Assembly: GCA_051294905.1 (NCBI GenBank)
Contig: CM119373.1
Span: 37,572,001 to 37,636,000, forward strand
Origin: Botryllus schlosseri
Taxonomy: Eukaryota
Reading direction: 5' to 3'
DNA length: 64,000 bases
Shown: positions 56,509 through 64,000 of the stretch, piece by piece
Position numbering within the stretch: position 1 is the first letter of the stretch
Layout of the letters: the number at the start of each line of letters is the position of its first letter
Position numbers and translations under genes: made by a program
Notes under the pieces: model-generated
Told to the model about the DNA's origin: nothing
What the model saw: the letters and a program-made list of their open reading frames with translations, nothing else
Database searches by the model: none

Positions 56509-58046
56509 CTAGCCAGTAATAAAAACTTTCGTCAGACGCATCGGAGTCGAGATCAACTGACGATTCGCGACGCAGTATTGCTTTAATATTAGATGTTGTA
56601 GAGGCGCATGGCCTCCGATCTCATTCTTTCCTCTATTGATTTTCCCACATCGTAAGTATATCATAAGGAGCATCACTGTGGCAATGTCAAGACGTACTCC
56701 CCAATCCGCAAGTGCCACGTATTCACCCCAATCTCAATAATTTATTTAGACTACGAGCCAGAACGGGGCTGAAGATGTTTACGATTGCATTGCATACGCT
56801 TGGACGTTTCTTGGTCCATTTCAACACAGCATTGCCACGCTATCAAGCCCGTTCAAGCCCGTTCAAAACTACTACTACTACTTGGTTTGAGAAAAGTGAC
56901 GTTGGCCCGATATGAAAAGGATTCAGGATTGTATTTCTTTACAATATAGCAGAGTCATCCTCATAGGGTGATAAACCGAACTTCTGGGGGAATTGCATAT
57001 ATATTGCTGTCATTTTTTTGTCCTCTCTCTGCTCATGTTATCATAATTACCGCTAGAGCTGAGTGAGGTGACTTGGAAAATGTAGGACCCGTAAGTCATA
57101 ATTAAACATATTTGGGCGGACCCGTTTGTATAATGACTTCATTACGTGATGGTATTTCGTGGCCTGTATGGGCTCAACTATCACATTATCGGCGTGATTA
57201 TAGCTGCAAACATGTACCTGTACCGTTTGAAATTGCGCTTGGGCTATATCTCATTATTTATGCCACGTTCAGATATTTTGCAGCCATCAGTGTATAACTG
57301 TAGCCTATATTCACGGATATAAATCGGTTCCGTGTATTACGCGATGATACTCGATGATCAAACTAACGCAGTTCACTAAAATAGCGGGCAGTCAGTGTTA
57401 CATTACTGTCCCGTGGGACTGCGAAAGCAATTTTACACAGGATTGAAACAGCTCAGCTTGAGCCGGACTAGAGTACCGGTGCGAGTAATGACGGACTTCG
57501 AGTATCTTCAACTGACTGCTATAAGTCCAGACCACAGACACAATAATATCCCCGTTACGATGTATTGTAGAATCAAGGTCAATCAGTCTGGTCCAATAAC
57601 ATAACGTTAAAAAATACGCTGGCAATACTCTGAGAAATTACAACAACATCAATTAGAATGTAAGAGCGATAAGACCACCCTGTTAACTGCGCGACGTTCT
57701 CAGACAAAAGAATGAACACGTGCGCTCGATGCCTAGCCTCGTTCTGTGAGGTAGTCATGTGTAACGAACCGTAGAATACGGGCGGAAAGCCACCGTGACA
57801 TAGCCGCCCCCGTGACGAAACGTAATTGCAAAGGTGGTTATCGGTGAGCCACAAAAAAAATGAAGGAATGGTGGTTTTCAGCTTGACAATGGGGGAGTGA
57901 AGAAACATGTAAAACAAAAGCAATTGTACCGAACGCTGACACAGCGCCAGTAAGCGAAGTCAATGTACAAAGAAAAAAGCACAACATTGGCAAGTGGGGT
58001 GCGAGGTTGGCAAGATACAAAGAGCATGCAATAAAAGAGAGCAAAA

Positions 58047-61000
58047 TCATTCAAGCTCAAGACGACACAACTTGCGGATGTCGCGACTATAAGTACCAGT
58101 GGGAGTACGCACAGTAACTTTTCGAACCAGCCCATGGCCATCCGGAAATGTTTGTTCAACTATGGCTTTCGGCCATTTACCACGGGGTACAGAGGAATCA
58201 GCCATGAGTTCCAGCCTGGGAGTGCTTGGGGCATTCTTCGGCATGACTCTAGAGATTCCTCTGACGAAAGAAACGTGAACCTGTCCGTCAGGATCCTCAA
58301 AACGGATGTAACAACAGGCAGAATAACCATGTGTGCTGGCATCAGCAAATGCATGGAGCTGAATATTCACTGGCGAGAAACCAGGCGGCTTGTAGCATCT
58401 GGGAAACGACAGCTTTTCGAGTTCTGGGAGTGAGCCGACCCATTTTTTCCATTTTGCTTTGAAACTGTCGTCGATCGGTGTGTCCCAATCCAGGTCGTCA
58501 CGAGATATTTTCTGTAGGAGCAGTCTTCCCGGTAACAGGAACGGGCTTAGATATCCGAAGGGAGTGTAGATCTGAGCTATCTGGCTGGCGATGCCTCTTC
58601 GAGTAAAAGGCTTAGGTTTGATGTTAGTACAGGCGCAAAGTGAGTCCTCATTCATGTTCCAGATAATTCCCAACGTACGTTCGTTACCGGAATTTGTGAA
58701 GTCGAGATCCACCAGGTTGGCAACACGGGCGTCTTCGGGAATCCGCGACATGATCTCGGTCGTGCCGCTAGCAAATTTTGTAAGGTTGAAACCGTAGTGA
58801 GCGAAAAGTGTTCGCAGCTCTTCGATGACTTTGATCGAAGTTTCAAGGTCGTCTGATGGATGTAGTATGTCGTCGACATATGTGTTACGTAAGATACAGT
58901 CAAGCGTAGGCTTGTCGGCACTGGTGCCGTTCAAAAGAACGATCTGACGAAGACAGAATTGAGCAACGCATGGTGAAGACGTGCTTCCGAAGACATGAGA
59001 CGTCATCTGGTAATCCATCGCTTTTCCATCTAGTCTGCTGTCTTCAAACCAGAGGAAGCGTAGGCTATCAGAGTCTTCCGGATAGGTCTGAATTCTCGAG
59101 AACATCTGGGCGAGATCGGCAACCCAAGCGTACCTGCCCATACGAAAACGGCATGGTACTCCAATTATAGAGGAGTTGACGTCAGGCCCGCTGGGCAGTT
59201 GACTGTTCAAACTGATGCCCGAGAATTTGCGGCTCGCGTCGAATACGATTCGCATCTTCTGTTGTCGGGTGTGGAAATGGATGAGATAAAAACTCCTTTC
59301 GGATGAAGGAAGTAGGTCGGGCGGGACTACCCGTGCATAGCCTCGAGACAGGTATTCGTCGATTTTTTCTTTATACTTGCGAAAGAACTCAGGATCTTTC
59401 TGGAATTTCAAGCGTTGGTTTTCGAGCGATTTCTCGGCAGCTCCATGATTATATGGAAGCTTCACTTCTTTCGTTCTCCATGGAAGACCGACTCGGAAAC
59501 GGCCGTTCAATATGTGCGCGGTTTCTTTCATAGTCGACAGAGCTTGTTCGTCTTCGATCGAATTTTGCGATTCATAGGGATCAACCCAAACGTCCGAAAA
59601 ATCAGCGTTACAACTAGAGCAAATTGGCAATTTTGGCGACTCATATCGGTTAAAAATGGTATTCTCGGCATGCACGAAATTCATATCGATAAAATTCACA
59701 ATATTGGGCTTAAAGCCAGATTTGACAAGGGTGCGGTCGGCGCCAGCAAGGGACCAACCGAAAACCGAGAGCTCGGCACCGGGCAGACCATTTTTGGGCC
59801 TGATGATTTCTGTATTTGGGTACTGCATTAGGAAATCTTTTCCTATGACAAGGTCGACGTCATTCGTATCGGCAACCGGTATGTTAATATGACTGAGGTG
59901 ATCACATTTAGAAATAGTATCAACATTCGGCGTATGATTTTGCACATCGGGAAAATGAGAAGTCGCGAGCACATTTTTTATATCGATAACTGTGCTTTGA
60001 TCAAGGGCTTGCACAGTAAGAGAAATCACTTCTACCTCCCCTTCGAAAACGCCACCCGCAGTCGACGTTTCACAAACCATTCGATCACCCTGGATATTTA
60101 ATTTTTTACGCAGGCGGTGTGTGCACAGAACATGACCACAGCCTGGGTCTAGGAATGCGTTGGTGACCACTCTAACATTTGAATCGGGGGAGGTGATTAT
60201 AACCGGTACAACAGATAACCGCACGGGATTTACTTTCCCGTTTAGCCAAGATGACATCGTGTTGACGTCAGCGGTTATTTTATTTTGAAAACCCCCATGA
60301 AGTAGGGTGTGATGCGACGCTCCGCAGCCGCTGACGTAGCACTTGCGATCTGACTTGCACGTACGGGCTTCGTGCCCGTAACCCAGGCAGTTGGCACATA
60401 CCGGCTTTTCTTCTACAAATTTCTTGCGTTCGGCTGGAGTCTTCTGGTGGAAGAGGTCACATTGGTAGAGCGGGTGCGAGTCGTCGCAGAGGTGACAGCG
60501 AGGCGTTGGCTTCGTACGTGAAGAGCTTTGTCTTGGTTCGTTAGTGACAGCGACGGGACGATCGACGGACGTTGCATTCACTTGCGTCTTTCGAGGTGGA
60601 AACTTGGTAGCTCTGGCGAACGGCATGCTCGACACGAATTTTCCGAGTCGAGTTCTTGACGTACCAGCTTGTCTACCAACGAAGGTGACAAAATCTTTAA
60701 ACTGCGGCTCGTACCCGTTTTCCATCTTTTCTTCATACTTGCTAGAGAATTTTTGTATGAAGTGGCGGGGAAAACGCTTCATTATCGCGTCAGAGACTGC
60801 CGGTGCATTTACTTGGGCCATTGCGCCAAGTTGCGAGAGGATGTGGTTTGCCGACCGAAGCTGATCATAGGCCCCAGCCAGTTCACGATTATCATTAGGG
60901 TTAACATCATCTCCATGCATCAATTCATCAATGAAAGCGTCAATAACGTAGGAGTCTCGGCCAAAGCTATCATGTAGGACGTTACGGGCATGTAAGTATG

Positions 61001-62969
61001 CGTCCTCGCCATACCGATTAGCACTGCAGCCAGCAAGTGCGGATTTAGCGTCGCCCGTACAGTACGATATCAGCTTGTTAAGCTTGGTACGGGCGTCGTG
61101 CCTTTCACTAGGATTGGCATTTATGGGTTCAAAAGCACTATCGAATTCGTTCATGAACCGGTAATAATCTCGCGGGTTGCCATCGAAACTGGCAATTGTA
61201 ACAGTGTTGAGGTCCATGCTACGCTTCATAGAGCCTAACATGGAATTCACCGAGGCAAGATAGGGGTCGTTATTACAGTTCGCCGGGCTATCCGGTGTCA
61301 TTAGGACGGAAGGACCGTAATCGCGCGGTTGATAGGGGCCAGGAGTGATACTACTGCGGTTATGTACGGCATTACTATAGCCAGAAAGCGCGAAATCTCC
61401 TTGCTCTCGATACCGGGGAATAGAACCGTCGTGCTCGGAAAACGAAAAACCGTCCGGGCGGCGGTAACTAGTCATTAATCGATTGCGAGAATGAGAGCGA
61501 AGATCGTCGTGCGCGTTCGGCACAGTACGAATATCGGCGGGTTGACCGCGAGAATGAGAACTAAGATCGGTGTGCGCGTTCGGCACAGTACGAATATCGG
61601 CGGGTTGACCGCGAACATGAGAACTAAGATCAGTGTGCGCGTTCGGCACAGTACGAATATCGACGGGTCGACCGCGAAAATGAGAACTAAGATCGGTGTG
61701 CGCGCTCGGCACAGTACGAATATCGGCAGGTTGACCGCGAAAATAAGAATTATGATCGGTGTGCGTGTTCGGCACAGTACGAATATCGGCGGGTTGACCG
61801 CGAACATGAGAACTAAGATCAGTGTGCGCGTTCGGCACAGTACGAATATCGGCGGAGTGGCCGTGAGGACGATGAATGGGATCATTGTGCATAGTAAACA
61901 TGAAATCGTTTTGCCGACGATGAATATCGGCGAGCGTATTACGAGGATAAGAAATATGTTCATTGACAAAACGTTCACCCTGCCACTGCGGAGTGCTTCG
62001 AGGGTCTGAACGAGTGGCCGGCCCAGCATCTAGACTACGCGAACAAACAGGCTGGGAATGCGAGCCTAGCTCCCTAGCCTGGTAACTATAGGTATCCGCT
62101 GCGAAACTGACGGACGGGCGACAGTTACGATTAGGGTTTTGAACTAGATCATGCGCGACTTCTACCTTACTTGCTTGTGCGGTTGGCTGATGGTTGGTTG
62201 TCAACGATTGGGTTACCGCCGGCTCGTTAGCCAGTCTTTGCCCAGTACTACTGCCTGTTGCAGACGCTGGCGTTCCCCAGGGAACGAACCACGATGCGTG
62301 AGTAGCAGCCAAATTCAAAGGTTCAGTACTCGCAGCAATGTTTTCTGTGTCGGAAATGATCGACCCTCGTGATCCGATAGAACCGGCAATTGATGCTTCT
62401 TCCTCGGCGGCTTCCAAGTTCGAGGTAGCTTCGAGAACCTCAAATCTACCTTCAAATTCGGCATCGATTGTAGCTCTTCTCTGTTCTTGTCTCAGTTTAA
62501 TCCTCTCGAGTGCCAGTCTAGCGTTGCGGACTGTTGCTGGTGTTCTGGACGGCGTGACGGAATGAAGACTTGATGGTTTCTTCGAAGTTTGGGCATTAAT
62601 GTAGTCGATGGTAACTTCGGAAGAAGAGTTCGTGCTTCCTTCTTGGTAGGATTTGTAGGCGTGACGTGCATTGACCTGTGCGCGTGAAGCTGTTGCGAGC
62701 AGCTTTTCTATTTGTGGTATCCAATCTCGAAGGGCGTGATCCTGTTCAACGCTTCTGACCAATCGGTCCAAGTCGGCGGCGACTTGAACGCAGAGTTCTT
62801 CTAGTTCGTCTCTGAACTTGACAACGTGTTTGATGGGCGAAGCATTATCGATAGAGGAAATGAAAGCACGTTCGACTTTCAGGAGAGCGGCGCTGGAATT
62901 TTCGAGGACCTGGTCGATATACTGCTTGCTCCGGTACTGTTGATCAGCAGCTTGCAGTGTTGTATCCAT
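58047..62969 (-). CDS. gag-pol: Gag-protease-RT-partial RNase H polyprotein fused to the integrase C-terminal tail, 1640 aa
   Basis: FDGNPRDY gag domain; three Cys/His knuckles (CHLCDDSHPLYQC, CANCLGYGHEARTC, CYVSGCGASHHTLLH); protease AFLDPG; RT FGSTSSP, TYVDD; RNase H LHAFADAS...PRLEL; then directly PRGKWPKAIV...DGHGLVRKVTV...RDIRKL. Confidence 0.93.
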   Translation of the reverse strand: MDTTLQAADQQYRSKQYIDQVLENSSAALLKVERAFISSIDNASPIKHVVKFRDELEELCVQVAADLDRLVRSVEQDHALRDWIPQIEKLLATASRAQVNARHAYKSYQEGSTNSSSEVTIDYINAQTSKKPSSLHSVTPSRTPATVRNARLALERIKLRQEQRRATIDAEFEGRFEVLEATSNLEAAEEEASIAGSIGSRGSIISDTENIAASTEPLNLAATHASWFVPWGTPASATGSSTGQRLANEPAVTQSLTTNHQPTAQASKVEVAHDLVQNPNRNCRPSVSFAADTYSYQARELGSHSQPVCSRSLDAGPATRSDPRSTPQWQGERFVNEHISYPRNTLADIHRRQNDFMFTMHNDPIHRPHGHSADIRTVPNAHTDLSSHVRGQPADIRTVPNTHTDHNSYFRGQPADIRTVPSAHTDLSSHFRGRPVDIRTVPNAHTDLSSHVRGQPADIRTVPNAHTDLSSHSRGQPADIRTVPNAHDDLRSHSRNRLMTSYRRPDGFSFSEHDGSIPRYREQGDFALSGYSNAVHNRSSITPGPYQPRDYGPSVLMTPDSPANCNNDPYLASVNSMLGSMKRSMDLNTVTIASFDGNPRDYYRFMNEFDSAFEPINANPSERHDARTKLNKLISYCTGDAKSALAGCSANRYGEDAYLHARNVLHDSFGRDSYVIDAFIDELMHGDDVNPNDNRELAGAYDQLRSANHILSQLGAMAQVNAPAVSDAIMKRFPRHFIQKFSSKYEEKMENGYEPQFKDFVTFVGRQAGTSRTRLGKFVSSMPFARATKFPPRKTQVNATSVDRPVAVTNEPRQSSSRTKPTPRCHLCDDSHPLYQCDLFHQKTPAERKKFVEEKPVCANCLGYGHEARTCKSDRKCYVSGCGASHHTLLHGGFQNKITADVNTMSSWLNGKVNPVRLSVVPVIITSPDSNVRVVTNAFLDPGCGHVLCTHRLRKKLNIQGDRMVCETSTAGGVFEGEVEVISLTVQALDQSTVIDIKNVLATSHFPDVQNHTPNVDTISKCDHLSHINIPVADTNDVDLVIGKDFLMQYPNTEIIRPKNGLPGAELSVFGWSLAGADRTLVKSGFKPNIVNFIDMNFVHAENTIFNRYESPKLPICSSCNADFSDVWVDPYESQNSIEDEQALSTMKETAHILNGRFRVGLPWRTKEVKLPYNHGAAEKSLENQRLKFQKDPEFFRKYKEKIDEYLSRGYARVVPPDLLPSSERSFYLIHFHTRQQKMRIVFDASRKFSGISLNSQLPSGPDVNSSIIGVPCRFRMGRYAWVADLAQMFSRIQTYPEDSDSLRFLWFEDSRLDGKAMDYQMTSHVFGSTSSPCVAQFCLRQIVLLNGTSADKPTLDCILRNTYVDDILHPSDDLETSIKVIEELRTLFAHYGFNLTKFASGTTEIMSRIPEDARVANLVDLDFTNSGNERTLGIIWNMNEDSLCACTNIKPKPFTRRGIASQIAQIYTPFGYLSPFLLPGRLLLQKISRDDLDWDTPIDDSFKAKWKKWVGSLPELEKLSFPRCYKPPGFSPVNIQLHAFADASTHGYSACCYIRFEDPDGQVHVSFVRGISRVMPKNAPSTPRLELMADSSVPRGKWPKAIVEQTFPDGHGLVRKVTVRTPTGTYSRDIRKLCRLELE
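61491..61858 (-). repeat. 63-bp tandem repeat x6 encoding 21-aa units in gag N-terminal region
   Basis: ctaagat recurs at 61561, 61624, 61687; units ADIRTVPNAHTDLSSHVRGQP. Confidence 0.95.
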
Positions 62970-64000
62970 ATCGAGGTCAGTCAGCTCTCGTATTTTTCAA
63001 CTCTTATGTCCCGTGGGACTGCGAAAGCAATTTTACACAGGATTGAAACAGCTCAGCTTGAGCCGGACTAGAGTACCGGTGCGAGTAATGACGGACTTCG
63101 AGTATCTTCAACTGACTGCTATAAGTCCAGACCACAGACACAATAATATCCCCGTTACGATGTATTGTAGAATCAAGGTCAATCAGTCTGGTCCAATAAC
63201 ATAACGTTAAAAAATACGCTGGCAATACTCTGAGAAATTACAATAACATCAATTAGAATGTAAGAGCGATAAGACCACCCTGTTAACTGCGCGACGTTCT
63301 CAGACAAAAGAATGAACACGTGCGCTCGATGCCTAGCCTCGTTCTGTGAGGTAGTCATGTGTAACGAACCGTAGAATACGGGCGAAAAGCCACCGTGACA
63401 ATTACCCTTACATGACATTTCCTTTACGTTACCTGTACATTAGCCTACCTTTTCACGAAATGTTACTGTTCTGAGTTTTAGTCAGTGAGGTTACTGGTTG
63501 ACTTCCTGAAATCATAATATCATTAGTAAATCAGTAGGCTAAACAAATAAGTATCATTAAAATGACAAGACGTCATGTCACCCTATTGCAGGGGTTCCCA
63601 GACTGAGGTGCATGATAATTTTCCCGAACAAATTCATTTTTCTGGCACTATTGCATTGTTCGGCAACAGAGATTTTAATATTTATGTGACATGCTGAAAA
63701 ACGTTTACGCTTACTGAATGTAGTGTTCATTAAGTTCAATCAGCCATGCTTTTATAAGGCAGTGTCCCGTTATTCGCCTCATGTAGGCCTACATCCATTG
63801 TAATGTATTTCTCTTTCTTTATACTACCGCGGCGATTAGAGTTACTGCATAGCCTACTGTAGATCGTTGATTGTTTCTGTACAGAACCATAGTGTCATCT
63901 GCTTATTATGAATACCATTTGATTATCTAAAAGAGGTTCTAGTATGGTAAGGTTGTAAATTATTCGGAGAGTATTTTGCTGTACTGCTTCACTTACAGCT

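Larger units (their letters stand above)
57407..63400 (-). mobile_element. BEL/Pao LTR retrotransposon, 5994 bp, integrase core deleted
   Basis: 394-bp TG..CA LTRs (57407-57800, 63007-63400), two differences seen by eye; 5-bp TSD ATTAC; purine tract GGGGGCGG before 3' LTR. Confidence 0.97.

Noticed and set aside
61491-62009. 172-aa antisense ORF
   Set aside because: By-product of a stop-free 63-bp tandem repeat

Overview
Eukaryotic (invertebrate animal, host not identifiable from sequence alone) AT-rich scaffold with one N-gap (21885-22021). 1) ~1.33-15.49 kb: a left-truncated but otherwise ORF-intact Maverick/Polinton (adintovirus-like) endogenous virus, sitting just behind the last exon of a fibrinogen-related-domain (FReD) gene. 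It carries pPolB, c-integrase with chromodomain, packaging ATPase, three tandem minor-capsid (penton) paralogs, a truncated major capsid gene, candidate Bcl-2-like and tandem-OB-fold SSB genes and one AGTAGT-type terminus. The most striking unannotated structure is an apparent AUG-free multipartite spliced leader (4 mini-introns, 3 micro-exons) in front of pPolB, with the same AG|ATG acceptor arrangement in front of two downstream, previously hidden paralogous genes. 2) ~16-54 kb: a decaying tandem array of a multi-exon Gln/Pro-rich gene (copies at 18-20, 30-39 and 42-50 kb, all disabled) with a second FReD remnant, many MITEs, a tRNA-derived SINE, a Harbinger/ISL2EU-like relic and a 2.4-kb deleted BEL/Pao element inserted in an exon. 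3) 57.4-63.4 kb: a young BEL/Pao LTR retrotransposon with a single 1640-aa ORF whose integrase core has been deleted in frame.
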